Shown: positions 47,421 through 56,963, numbered from the stretch's first letter. The stretch is DNA of 64,000 bases from Accumulibacter sp. (GCF_035440685.1 NZ_DAORMW010000011.1); one strand, 5' to 3'. A program made the numbers and translations. Notes: a model not told the origin generated them from the letters alone.

Positions 47421-47434
47421 TTGATGCAAGTCAA
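47421..47434. promoter_or_regulatory. FNR/CRP-family binding site candidate upstream of napD
   Basis: TTGATGCAAGTCAA matches TTGAT-N4-ATCAA at 9 of 10 positions; centre lies about 127 nt upstream of the napD ATG. Confidence 0.5.
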
Positions 47435-47565
47435 GCGAAAGACATCCAGCTTGCCGCCGGCAGCGATGGTCAACGCCAGGCGGGTGGTGGGGCGATCCTG
47501 CGCGCGGGGGATGAGATCGCTGCTCGGCGGTCGCGAGTGTGGCGCAGGTCTATCGAAGGAGGTAA

Positions 47566-47608
47566 CGCAAAAAAGCGCGGGACCAAAGGTTCCGCGCTTT
47601 TAAATTTT
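47566..47608. terminator. bidirectional intrinsic terminator (ends the 6S RNA transcript)
   Basis: A-run, 10-bp stem GCGCGGGACC / GGTTCCGCGC with AAA loop, then T-run. Confidence 0.8.
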
Positions 47609-47792
47609 GTCCCCGCAAGTGCCGTCAGGCCGGCATCCTGAACCTGGGTTCAGATAGGTCACATCCCTTCCGCATCAGGTATGCCCGACTTGAGGGGCAT
47701 ACACAACAGCGGTTTCTATGGTCTGCAACCAATGCCAATTAGCATTGGTTCAAGGAATCTATGACCTTAACAAACACCGCAGGGAACTCTCT
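47607..47792 (-). ncRNA. ssrS: 6S RNA
   Basis: Directly downstream of zapA, as in E. coli. 5' UUCCCUGCGGUGUU can pair with 3' CACUUGCGGGGA (closing stem). Conserved 3' hairpin CUGAACCCAGGUUCAGG parallels E. coli CUUGAACCAAGGGUUCAAGG. About 185 nt, followed by a terminator. Confidence 0.75.
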
Positions 47793-47830
47793 CGGAGTTT
47801 TCGGAACCGGTGGTCTGCGCGACCTGGACT

Positions 47831-48166
47831 TCAGCCAGCCGGCTTCAGTACCGCTTCCAGTTCCGTCTCCATGTGGCAAATTCTACGCCTAACGGCGTCG
47901 ATGTCCAGCCCTATTTCCGATTCAATTTTCTGATCTTCTGCCGGTACGTACTGATTCCCGGAGAGGTGCTCGTGGGCGATGTTCAGCGCGGCCATTACCG
48001 CGATGCGCTCGGCGTGATTGCTCTTGGTTTTCTCGGCGATGTCGCGCATCTTGCCATCGACGTAGGCCGCAGCGTTGAGCAGTGCGGCACGTTCGTCTGG
48101 CGGGCAGGCGACGCGGTACTCCTTGCCAAGGAGGGTGATATCCAGAAAATTCGCTTCGTTGGGCAT
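47831..48166 (-). CDS. zapA: cell division protein ZapA
   Basis: ATG at 48166. ITLLGKEYRVACPPDERAALLNAAAYVDGKMRDI...RIAVMAALNIAHE. Confidence 0.85.
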   Translation of the reverse strand: MPNEANFLDITLLGKEYRVACPPDERAALLNAAAYVDGKMRDIAEKTKSNHAERIAVMAALNIAHEHLSGNQYVPAEDQKIESEIGLDIDAVRRRICHMETELEAVLKPAG

Positions 48167-48179
48167 CGGACAGGAACTC

Positions 48180-48380
48180 TCAGGCAGAGGCTTCGGGGAG
48201 TTGCTGGGCGAGCTGCTCAAGGCGGGCCGAGGCCTCTCCCATGCGCTCGGCGAGGCGCTGCTTGTCCACTTCGGCGACGGCGAGTTGCTCGCGTAGCTGG
48301 TCATTTTCTGCGCGCAGGTTGTGACAGAGGGTCACCACCTGGCCAATCTTGTTCTCGAGCGTGTCTAGTTCATTCAGCAT
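48180..48380 (-). CDS. zapB: ZapB-like coiled-coil cell division protein
   Basis: 66-aa heptad-rich protein (LDTLENKIGQVVTLCHNLRAENDQLREQL) immediately upstream of zapA. Confidence 0.65.
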   Translation of the reverse strand: MLNELDTLENKIGQVVTLCHNLRAENDQLREQLAVAEVDKQRLAERMGEASARLEQLAQQLPEASA

Positions 48381-48539
48381 GGCCAGACTATAGATTCAAG
48401 ATGCATCCCCGGTCAAGGCGTGCGCGGCGCTTCCAGGGTGCTCCTGTTGCTTGGCAGTTGCGGCTTTCGGCGATGAGGCTGGGCCGCCGGAGGCTGGGCG
48501 CGCTATAATCCGCGCTTTCGTCGACTGCGGTCAGCGAAA

Positions 48540-48735
48540 AACATCGTGCAAGGTGCCGCAGCGCAGATTCTCTGCCGCGGTTAAACGGGAAGCAGGTGCG
48601 TGTTCTTCGGAGCACCATGCCTGAGCTGCCCCCGCAACGGTAAGCGAGTGCGGGTGTGTCGACATGCCACTGGGCGCCAGCCTGGGAAGGTGACACACCA
48701 AGACTTGCGAGCCCGGATACCGGCCTTCGCACACA
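48540..48735 (+). promoter_or_regulatory. cobalamin (B12) riboswitch
   Basis: GGTTAAACGGGAAGCAGGTGCG, GCTGCCCCCGCAACGGTAAGC, GCCACTGGG...CTGGGAAGGTG and B12-box-like GAGCCCGGATACCGGCC. TATAAT at 48504-48509 upstream. Precedes a TonB-dependent receptor gene. Confidence 0.85.
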
Positions 48736-48873
48736 TTTGACGCAAGTGCCGCGGGGAAGCGGACACGAAACGCTCGGCCGTGCCGCTCGCCTCGTTGCCT
48801 TCTCCCTCGTGTTCTTGATTTTTTGTTTGCTTGCCGGCTTGCGGGGACGCTTGCCGGACCCAGGGAGAAACCC

Positions 48874-50748
48874 ATGAGGCATCAGAGGACGCCACGCGCA
48901 GGTTCCGCCGTGGCATTGGTCACGTTTTGCGGGACCTTGTTTCCGGCGGCTGGCAACGCTGCCGATCAGCTGCTCGACCCGATCGTTGTCACCGCGACGC
49001 GGCAGGCAACACGCGCCAACGAGTTGACCAGCGACGTGTCGGTCATCACCCGTGAAGAAATCAACGAGGCCGGGCAGTCAACGCTGGAGCAAGTGTTGTC
49101 GCGCCAAGCTGGCATTCAGTACACGGCCAATGGCGGTCCAGGCACCAACAGCGGCGTGATGATCCGCGGTGCCAGCAGTAATCAGTCGATCGTGCTTATC
49201 GACGGCCAGCGCATCGGTTCGGCGACCACCGGCAGCGCGGCCCTGGCGCGCATTCCGCTGGACCAGATCGAGCGTATTGAAATCCTGCGCGGTCCGGCTT
49301 CGTCGCTATACGGCGCCGACGCCATTGGCGGGGTGATCCAGATCTTCACTCGCAAGGGCGAGGGGCCGACGCGACTGAATGCGAGTACGGGCTATGGCAC
49401 CTACGGGACCACCGACACCACGGTTGGTGTCTCCGGCGGGACCGACCTGGTTTCCTACAGTCTTCAGGCAGGTTATCTGGATACTGGCGGTTTCAACGCC
49501 ATTCACAACAAGTCGGACATCTACTACAACCCGGACGATGACGGCTATCGCAACAGCAACGGGAGCGCAAGCTTCGCTCTGCGGCCGGCAGCCGGTCAGG
49601 AAATCGGCGTCAATCTGCTGGCCAGCGATGGTAGCAACCAATACGACTCGAACGACTTCAGCGCCGTCGGCGCCAACAAGAACTACACCAACGATCAGCT
49701 CCTGGAGTCCTATTCGATCTACTCGCGCAACCGCTTGAACCAGGTGTGGACGAGCACTCTGCGTCTCGGTACCAGCACCGACGCCTCCAAGGGCTATGCC
49801 GGCAATGTCCGCGAGTACACCATACGCACCGACATGGAGCAGGCCTCGTGGCAGAACGATATCGTCCTGCCCGTCGGCGAAGCGCTGCTGGCGGTGGAAT
49901 ACACCAAGCAGAAAGTCTCCGGCAGCACCGACTACACGGTGACCGAACGAACGATTCGTTCGCTGTTGGGTGGCTGGAACGCCAATATCGAGAAGCACCG
50001 CTTGCAGTTCAACCTGCGCCGTGACGACAACTCCCAGTTTGGCGATGAAACGACGGGTTCCGCTTCGTACGGCTATCAGTTCTCCCCGGACTGGCGAGGA
50101 CATGTGTCGTATGGGACGGCGTTTCGCGCACCGACTTTCAACGAGCTGTACTTCCCTTCCAGCGCCTTCTTCTCCGGTGGCAATCCGGACCTGCAGCCGG
50201 AACAGTCGAAGAACACCGAACTGGGCGCCAATTGGGAGCGCGGCAATCATCGTGCTTCGCTGGTCTTGTACAACAACAATGTCAGCGACCTGATCGAGTT
50301 CCGGCCACCGACCTATGCCCCGGTCAACGTCAGCAAGGCCGTGCTGCGTGGCGCTACGCTGACCTACGACGGGCGCTTCTCGGAATGGCGGGCAGGCGTC
50401 GCCATCGACTTCCTCGATGCGAAAAACGAGGAAGACGGGCCGAACAAGGGCAATCGACTGGCCCGCCGCTCCGCACAACAAATGAGCAGTTACATCAGCC
50501 GTACGCTTGGCGACTGGGATTTGCGCGGCGAGTGGCAGCTGGTCGGCAATCGCTACGATGACCCGGCCAACACGAAGCTTCTCGGTGGCTACGGGCTGGT
50601 CAATCTGTATGCCGACTACCGCCTGCAACGCGACTGGACCTTGTTCGCACGTGCCAACAACATCTTCGACAAGTACTACGAGACGATTGACAACTATGCC
50701 ACTGCGGGAGCGAACGTCTTTGTCGGTGTCCGCTACGCACCCAAGTAG
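48874..50748 (+). CDS. btuB: TonB-dependent receptor, probable vitamin B12 transporter
   Basis: ATG at 48874 after GGGAGAAA. Signal peptide, TonB box DPIVVTATR, plug and barrel, C-terminal VGVRYAPK. Cobalamin riboswitch in the leader. Confidence 0.8.
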   Translation: MRHQRTPRAGSAVALVTFCGTLFPAAGNAADQLLDPIVVTATRQATRANELTSDVSVITREEINEAGQSTLEQVLSRQAGIQYTANGGPGTNSGVMIRGASSNQSIVLIDGQRIGSATTGSAALARIPLDQIERIEILRGPASSLYGADAIGGVIQIFTRKGEGPTRLNASTGYGTYGTTDTTVGVSGGTDLVSYSLQAGYLDTGGFNAIHNKSDIYYNPDDDGYRNSNGSASFALRPAAGQEIGVNLLASDGSNQYDSNDFSAVGANKNYTNDQLLESYSIYSRNRLNQVWTSTLRLGTSTDASKGYAGNVREYTIRTDMEQASWQNDIVLPVGEALLAVEYTKQKVSGSTDYTVTERTIRSLLGGWNANIEKHRLQFNLRRDDNSQFGDETTGSASYGYQFSPDWRGHVSYGTAFRAPTFNELYFPSSAFFSGGNPDLQPEQSKNTELGANWERGNHRASLVLYNNNVSDLIEFRPPTYAPVNVSKAVLRGATLTYDGRFSEWRAGVAIDFLDAKNEEDGPNKGNRLARRSAQQMSSYISRTLGDWDLRGEWQLVGNRYDDPANTKLLGGYGLVNLYADYRLQRDWTLFARANNIFDKYYETIDNYATAGANVFVGVRYAPK

Positions 50749-50756
50749 GCGGCTGG

Positions 50757-51743
50757 ATGCCCACCCGTCGCCGCGCCTTGCTGATTCTCGCAGCCCTCGC
50801 CGGGCTGGCGCAGTTGAGCATAGCGCTGGCGCTGATGGTGGGCAGTATCCCGATCACTCCGCTTGAGGTTCTGGCGGCTCTGGTCGACAACGGCGGCACC
50901 TCCGGCGAGGTTGTGCGCAGCCTGCGCCTGCCGCGCGCCTTGACCGGTTTCGCCTGTGGCGGCTTGTTGGCCCTGGCCGGGGCCTTGCTGCAGGTATTGT
51001 TGCGCAATCCGCTCGCTGATCCCTACGTGCTTGGCATTTCGGGGGGGGCCGGTATTGGCGCGCTGCTGGCCATCGTCCTCGGGTTCGGCGCTGCCGGGAT
51101 CAACGGGCTGGCTTTCGTGGGCGCACTCGGCGCCATGCTGCTGGTTTTCGGCCTGGCGCATGGGGAAGGCGGCTGGACGCATTCGCGCCTGCTGTTGACC
51201 GGGGTGATCGTGGCCGCCGGCTGCGGCGCTGTGGTCACCCTGATGTTGGCCATGGCTCCCGACGATCGGCTGCGCGGCATGCTTTTCTGGCTGATGGGCG
51301 ACCTCTCGCAGACCGGTGACCCGACATTGGTGCTGATCCTGCTCACCGCGGTGCTGCTGGTGTCGCTGCCCTTCGCCCGCGAACTCAACCTCTTGGCGCG
51401 CGGTGCCGACGTCGCGCAGGCGCTCGGTGTCGCGGTCCGCCCCTTGCGCCGCGGCGTTTATTTGGTCGCCTCGCTGGCCACGGCCGCGGCGGTCACCCAT
51501 GCCGGTGCGATCGGTTTTATCGGCCTGATCGTGCCGCACCTCGTTCGCCTGGCGACCGGCAACGACCAGCGCCTTCTGCTACCGGCCTCGGTACTCGCCG
51601 GCGGTAGCCTGCTGGTGATCGCCGACACCCTGGCACGAACTGTCCTGGCGCCGCAGCAATTGCCGGTTGGTGTCCTGACCGCGCTGATCGGCGTGCCGGT
51701 TTTTCTGTTCCTGCTGACGCGTGGCGCAGCTGGGCGGGGATGA
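50757..51743 (+). CDS. FecCD/BtuC-family ABC transporter permease
   Basis: Multi-TM protein with LRLPRALTGFACGGLLALAGALLQ and PVGVLTALIGVPVFLFLL signatures. Confidence 0.85.
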   Translation: MPTRRRALLILAALAGLAQLSIALALMVGSIPITPLEVLAALVDNGGTSGEVVRSLRLPRALTGFACGGLLALAGALLQVLLRNPLADPYVLGISGGAGIGALLAIVLGFGAAGINGLAFVGALGAMLLVFGLAHGEGGWTHSRLLLTGVIVAAGCGAVVTLMLAMAPDDRLRGMLFWLMGDLSQTGDPTLVLILLTAVLLVSLPFARELNLLARGADVAQALGVAVRPLRRGVYLVASLATAAAVTHAGAIGFIGLIVPHLVRLATGNDQRLLLPASVLAGGSLLVIADTLARTVLAPQQLPVGVLTALIGVPVFLFLLTRGAAGRG

Positions 51744-51744
51744 T

Positions 51745-52536
51745 ATGGATCAGACGGATCTGACTGCGCCTCTGCTGACGACCCGGATGCTCGATGTCGG
51801 CATCGCTGGCCGGGTTTTTTGCCGCGCGCTGGAATTGAGTCTGCCGCCGGGCGAGTCGCTGGCCATTCTCGGTCGCAACGGCGCCGGCAAGTCGACCCTG
51901 CTCTCGGTCCTGGCGGGCCTGCGCGAGCCGGATGCCGGCGAGGTGCGCATCGCCGGGGTAGGTTACACGCAACTCGGTGCGCGTCGCAGCGCTCGCATTC
52001 GTGGCTGGTTGCCGCAGAGCCGCAGTGAGGCTTTTTCCTCGACGGTCCTGGAAACGGCGCTGGTTGGACGCCATCCCCATCTCGATCGCTGGGACTGGGA
52101 GTCCGAGGCGGATGCCAGCAAAGCACGCCAGGCGCTGGCTGCCGTCGGTCTTGCCGAACTGGCGCAGCGCGACGTGCAGACGCTTTCCGGCGGCGAGCGG
52201 CAGAGGCTGGCCATCGCCACCCTGCTGACGCAGGCGCCGCAGCTCTACCTGCTCGACGAACCGCTTGCGCACCTGGATCTGAATCACCAGATCGCCACCC
52301 TCGAGCTGTTTTCCACGCTCAATCGCAGCGAGCAGAGGGCGGCCAGCGTGATGGTCCTGCATGAACCCGGTCTGGCGGCGCGCTTCTGCTCGCGAGCCCT
52401 GCTGCTCTTCGACGATGGCACGACGCTGCAGGGAAGCAGTGATGAGGTCATCGGCAGTGAGTCCCTGAGCCGGCTCTACGGCTATCCCCTGCGTGAAGTG
52501 GGTGCCGGCAAGCTGCGCTGGTTCATGCCGGCCTAG
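51745..52536 (+). CDS. ABC transporter ATP-binding protein (BtuD/FecE-like)
   Basis: Walker A GRNGAGKST, signature LSGGERQR, Walker B LYLLDEP. ATG 1 nt after the permease stop. Confidence 0.85.
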   Translation: MDQTDLTAPLLTTRMLDVGIAGRVFCRALELSLPPGESLAILGRNGAGKSTLLSVLAGLREPDAGEVRIAGVGYTQLGARRSARIRGWLPQSRSEAFSSTVLETALVGRHPHLDRWDWESEADASKARQALAAVGLAELAQRDVQTLSGGERQRLAIATLLTQAPQLYLLDEPLAHLDLNHQIATLELFSTLNRSEQRAASVMVLHEPGLAARFCSRALLLFDDGTTLQGSSDEVIGSESLSRLYGYPLREVGAGKLRWFMPA

Positions 52537-54311
52537 CGACTGCCGGGGTGATCCGCTCCGGCACTTGCTGTTGCCGGGCCGCGGCGAGCGCCCTGCATGG
52601 CCTGCTTGCGCCGGTACATGTCGGCATCGGAACACTGCACCAGCGATTCGACATCCTGGCCATCTTCGGGGTACATGGCCAGGCCGATCGAGGCGCCGGT
52701 GTTGGCATCCAGCGCCGCCGCATCGATCGAAAGCAGCGGTGCGCCAAGCAGCTGCTCGATGTTGCTGCGCGCGCTTTCGGCGTCCTGGCGGTTGTTGACC
52801 GCATCGAGCATGACCACGAACTCGTCGCCAGCGTAGCGCGCCACCAGGTCGCGGCTGCGCAGACCGGTGAGCATGCGCTGTGCGATTTCCTGCAGTACCT
52901 TGTCGCCGACGTCGTGGCCGAAGCTGTCGTTGATGTTCTTGAAATCGTTGAGGTCGATGAAAAGAATGGCGAAAGGGCGCGGGTCAGAGAGTTCGCGTTG
53001 CTGCGCCAGGCGCTCATCGACGCGGCGCAGGAAGGCTTCGCGGTTGGCCAGCCCGGTCAAGCGGTCGCTGAGAAGCTTGCTCTGCATGCTCCTGAAGCTT
53101 TTCGCCAGGTCGCCGATCTCGTCGCTGCGCGTGACGTCGAAGGCCGCGTTCAGGTCACCGTTGCCGACCTTGCGGGCGGCCACGGCGAGCTGCTTGAGGT
53201 CGCGGGCGACGACCGAGAGGACCATGAAGCCGATCAAGATCGTCATCAGCGAGGCCAGCAGGGCCAGAGCCACCGTGCGCTTGAAGTTCTCGGTCACCCC
53301 AAACAGGAAATCGCTGCGTGGTACCGCGACGACGATGATCCAGTCCAGTCCGGCGGCGTCCTGGATGCGCGCATAGGCGGCCTCGACTGCCTCGCCGTCG
53401 GCGCTTTCAAACACCGCCGTTTGCGGGTGCGGGGCTCCCGCGGAAGGGTGCAGCAGCTTGCGGATCTCGCGATAACTGGCGGCGACCAGTGAATCGTCGC
53501 TATCCTGCACCTTGAGTCGCACCTTGTCTCCGGCGGCGTCCTTGCGCAGGTGCGGGCCGCGTGAGGTACCGATCAGCTGGCCGTCGGTTTCGACAACGTA
53601 AGCGATGCCGTTGGCGCTCAGGCGCAACGAGTGCAGAAAATCGTTGACTCCCTGCAGCGACAGGTCGGTAGCGACGACGCCCTGAAACTCCCCCTGAGCG
53701 TTGTTGACTCGCCTGGCGCGGGTGGCGACCAGTTCCTCGGTCTTGAAGTCAATGTACACCGAGGTCCAGGTATGTGCCGTCGAACTCTCGCCGGACTTGA
53801 ACCACGGGCGTTCGCGGGGCTCGAAGATGCGCGTTTCGCGAACGGGATCGGTCAGTTCGCCAGCAATCCCGGAAAAGCGATAGATCGTCCGCGGGCCGTC
53901 GCCGACGGTTCGCAGGCGCAACTCGGCGTCGTTTTCCGAATGCCGCCAGAGTCCGAAAAAGCGCCCGCTACGATCGCCGTAGTAGGCGTAATTGTTGGGG
54001 TCGCGATGCACCGAGGTCGCCAGCCAGAAGCGAGTGCGCAGGTTGTCGAGGTCGTCGTTGATGTCTTCCGGCGCGGCCACGCCGGCGGGAAACGCCGTTT
54101 CGAGCACCGCGCTGGCACCGAAGACGTGCCGCTCGGCGGCCTGGGCGATGCGGTACACCATCTCCGACAGCAGCTGATTGGACAGGGTGTCTACGGCGAC
54201 CCGCCCTGCAGAGTACGACAGGCCGCCGATGGCGGCAGCCAGCACCAGCACCAGCACCACGTACGGCAGGGTGAGCATCTGCCGCAGGGAAAGGATTTGC
54301 AGGAACTTCAT
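52533..54311 (-). CDS. Cache-HAMP-GGDEF diguanylate cyclase
   Basis: N-terminal TM, periplasmic Cache-like region, HAMP, RYAGDEFVVML (GGDEF variant AGDEF). Confidence 0.85.
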   Translation of the reverse strand: MKFLQILSLRQMLTLPYVVLVLVLAAAIGGLSYSAGRVAVDTLSNQLLSEMVYRIAQAAERHVFGASAVLETAFPAGVAAPEDINDDLDNLRTRFWLATSVHRDPNNYAYYGDRSGRFFGLWRHSENDAELRLRTVGDGPRTIYRFSGIAGELTDPVRETRIFEPRERPWFKSGESSTAHTWTSVYIDFKTEELVATRARRVNNAQGEFQGVVATDLSLQGVNDFLHSLRLSANGIAYVVETDGQLIGTSRGPHLRKDAAGDKVRLKVQDSDDSLVAASYREIRKLLHPSAGAPHPQTAVFESADGEAVEAAYARIQDAAGLDWIIVVAVPRSDFLFGVTENFKRTVALALLASLMTILIGFMVLSVVARDLKQLAVAARKVGNGDLNAAFDVTRSDEIGDLAKSFRSMQSKLLSDRLTGLANREAFLRRVDERLAQQRELSDPRPFAILFIDLNDFKNINDSFGHDVGDKVLQEIAQRMLTGLRSRDLVARYAGDEFVVMLDAVNNRQDAESARSNIEQLLGAPLLSIDAAALDANTGASIGLAMYPEDGQDVESLVQCSDADMYRRKQAMQGARRGPATASAGADHPGSR

Positions 54312-54548
54312 GGACTCTCGCGCTGAGCGACTCGGTGAAAAGCGCGCCAGAAAAGCCGTTGCGCTGCGCCGCGCTTCATCGTTAACAGTGGCTCCGGCTG
54401 TAAGGGGCTGCGCGCCTGAGCACTGGCTAGAGCGAATGCTAGGCGATGGCCGCGCGGACCCGCGTGACGGATGTCACGGCGGTTGGCAGCGCCGGTCGTC
54501 AAGCGCTTTCCTGGCGGCGCGAGGGAAACCCGTAGCGAGCGCTCGTCG

Positions 54549-54983
54549 TCAAGAGGTTGGCATTGGCCTTGGCGTGGCAGCCGCTTTGACGCTCGGCACG
54601 TAGTCGAAGTCGGCGACCAGGATGTGGTTGTAGAACCAGCCGTTGATGAGGAATTTGACCTCGTCGGCAATCTCGTCGAGGGTCATCTGCTTGGCGTTCT
54701 CGAGGAGCTTGAACAGCATGCGCCGGAATTCCGTGTGCAGCTGCCGATGCGCCTCGAGGCCCGGGTATTGGCAAGCGGCCATCATTTGCTCTTCTTCGCG
54801 CAAATGGACCTTGACGTACTCGGTGAGCATGGCCAGCGATTTCAGCACGCGGATCTGGTCACCATCGCCACTGAAGGTTGCTGCAAGGTCGAACAATTGC
54901 CGATGCTGCGCATCGATGTTGGGCAAGCCGACCAGAATCTTCGGCGACCACTCCACCAACTCATAGTTCATTTGCCGCTCCAT
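54549..54983 (-). CDS. bacteriohemerythrin
   Basis: VEWSPKILVGLPNIDAQHRQLF, HLREEEQMM, HRQLHTEF, WFYNHILVAD iron-ligand pattern. Confidence 0.85.
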   Translation of the reverse strand: MERQMNYELVEWSPKILVGLPNIDAQHRQLFDLAATFSGDGDQIRVLKSLAMLTEYVKVHLREEEQMMAACQYPGLEAHRQLHTEFRRMLFKLLENAKQMTLDEIADEVKFLINGWFYNHILVADFDYVPSVKAAATPRPMPTS

Positions 54984-55010
54984 TTGCTCCGTAGGGGTGG
55001 GCCAGGCGTG

Positions 55011-56963
55011 TCACGAAATTGCCGTCTGGCGGGCCGAATCGATTTGCTCGGAGAGCGTCAGCCAGCGCTCTTCGAGTTTTGCCAGTTCCTCGGCGATCTC
55101 GCTCATTCGTCCTCCCAGGGTCGCCAGATCAGCGGCGGCCAGCGGGTTCGACAAGCGGCTCTCCAGAGAGTGCTGTTCTTTTTGCAGATCGAGTAGCGCC
55201 TGTTCGACCCGACCCTGGTCGCGAGCCAGTCCCTTCAGCTTGCCGGGGGCTTTCCGGGCGGCCGCGGCGACGACCGATTCTGCCGGTTTGAGCGGTTCTT
55301 TGGCGCTCTTCAGTGACGCCTTGAGACTGTCCCGGTTGCGCTTGGCCTCGTCGAGAAGGTAGCGCTGGTAGTCATCGAGATCGCCGGTAAAGTCGGCCAC
55401 CCCACCGCGGCTGACCAGCCAGAACTCGTCACAAACGGAGCGCAGGAGCGAGCGGTCGTGACTGACCAGCATCACCGTTCCCTCGAATTCGTTGAGCGCA
55501 ATCGACAGGGCTTCGCGGGTGGCGAGGTCGAGGTGGTTGGTCGGTTCGTCGAGCAGCAGCAGGTTGGGGCGTTGCCAGACGATCATGCACAGCACCAGGC
55601 GAGCTTTCTCGCCGCCGCTCATGGTGCCGACCGCCTGCTTGACCATGTCGCCACTGAAATTGAAGGTGCCGAGGAAGCTGCGCAGGTCCTGCTCGCGGCC
55701 GCTCTGCCCGTTGGCCAGACCTTCCTTGGCCATGCGGACCATGTGTTCCAGCGGCGTTTCGTCCGGACGCAGGACGTCCAGTTCCTGCTGCGCGAAGTAG
55801 CCGATGTGCAGGCCTTTTCCTTCGCTGATCGTGCCGCTGATACATCCGAGGACGCGGGCAATGGTTTTCACCAGCGTCGACTTTCCCTGTCCGTTGGCGC
55901 CGAGGATGCCGATGCGCTGGCCGGCCAATACCGAACGCGTGACCTGGCGGACGATCACCGTCGCCGGCGTGCCGGCGGCGGCCTCGGCCGGCGCCGGGTA
56001 GCCGAAGCTGGCATTGTCCATGATCAGCATCGGGTTGGGCAGGTTGGCGGCTTCCTTGAACTCGAAGCTGAACTCGGCGTTGGCCAGCACCGGCGCCAGA
56101 CGTTCGATTCTTTCCAGCGCCTTGACCCGGCTCTGCGCCTGCTTGGCCTTGGTGGCCTTGGCTTTGAAGCGGCTGATGAAGCTCTGCAGATGGGCAATCC
56201 TGTCCTGTTGCTTGGCGTAGGCGTTCTGCTGCAGTTCGAGTTGCTGGGCGCGGGTTTCCTCGAAGACGCTGTAATTGCCGCCGTAACGTGTCAACTGCTC
56301 GTTGTCCAGATGCAGGGTGACGGTCGAGATCGCGTCGAGGAACTCGCGGTCGTGACTGATCACCAGCATCGTGCCTTCGTAGCGCTTGAGCCAGGTTTCC
56401 AGCCACACCAGCGCATCGAGGTCGAGGTGGTTGGTCGGTTCGTCGAGCAGCAGAAGGTCGGACGGACACATCAGCGCCCGCGCCAGCTGCAGCCGCATCC
56501 GCCAGCCCCCGGAAAAGCTGTCGACCGGATTGTTCAGTTCGGTGGTCTTGAAGCCGAGACCAAGAATCAGCGACTGCGCGCGCGCCTGCGCATCGTGTGC
56601 GCCGGCGTCGTGCAGCGCCATGTAGGCGTGCGCCAGCTCTTCGCCGTCGCCGCTCGCTTCGGCCAGGCGGACTTCCTCCTCGGCGGCGAGCAGGGCCGTG
56701 TCGCCGCTGATGACGAAGTCGGTTGCACTCTGCGAGGTTTCCGGCATTTCCTGCAGGACCTGCGCGAGGCGCCACTGTGCCGGCCGGAAGAACTCGCCGG
56801 CGTCTTCGTGCAGGCTGCCGTCGAGCAGCGCGAAGAGCGTCGATTTGCCGGCGCCGTTGCGGCCGATCAGGCCGACTCTCTCGCCGGTGTTGATGGTTAC
56901 CGAGGTGTTATCAAGCAACACCCTGGCGCCGCGGCGCAGGGTTACGCCCTTGAGGGTGATCAT
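55011..56963 (-). CDS. yheS: ABC-F family ATPase (YheS-like)
   Basis: Two ABC cassettes ([20 protein letters not shown]; [20 protein letters not shown]), inter-domain linker and C-terminal coiled coil. Collinear with E. coli YheS as recalled. Confidence 0.8.
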   Translation of the reverse strand: MITLKGVTLRRGARVLLDNTSVTINTGERVGLIGRNGAGKSTLFALLDGSLHEDAGEFFRPAQWRLAQVLQEMPETSQSATDFVISGDTALLAAEEEVRLAEASGDGEELAHAYMALHDAGAHDAQARAQSLILGLGFKTTELNNPVDSFSGGWRMRLQLARALMCPSDLLLLDEPTNHLDLDALVWLETWLKRYEGTMLVISHDREFLDAISTVTLHLDNEQLTRYGGNYSVFEETRAQQLELQQNAYAKQQDRIAHLQSFISRFKAKATKAKQAQSRVKALERIERLAPVLANAEFSFEFKEAANLPNPMLIMDNASFGYPAPAEAAAGTPATVIVRQVTRSVLAGQRIGILGANGQGKSTLVKTIARVLGCISGTISEGKGLHIGYFAQQELDVLRPDETPLEHMVRMAKEGLANGQSGREQDLRSFLGTFNFSGDMVKQAVGTMSGGEKARLVLCMIVWQRPNLLLLDEPTNHLDLATREALSIALNEFEGTVMLVSHDRSLLRSVCDEFWLVSRGGVADFTGDLDDYQRYLLDEAKRNRDSLKASLKSAKEPLKPAESVVAAAARKAPGKLKGLARDQGRVEQALLDLQKEQHSLESRLSNPLAAADLATLGGRMSEIAEELAKLEERWLTLSEQIDSARQTAIS

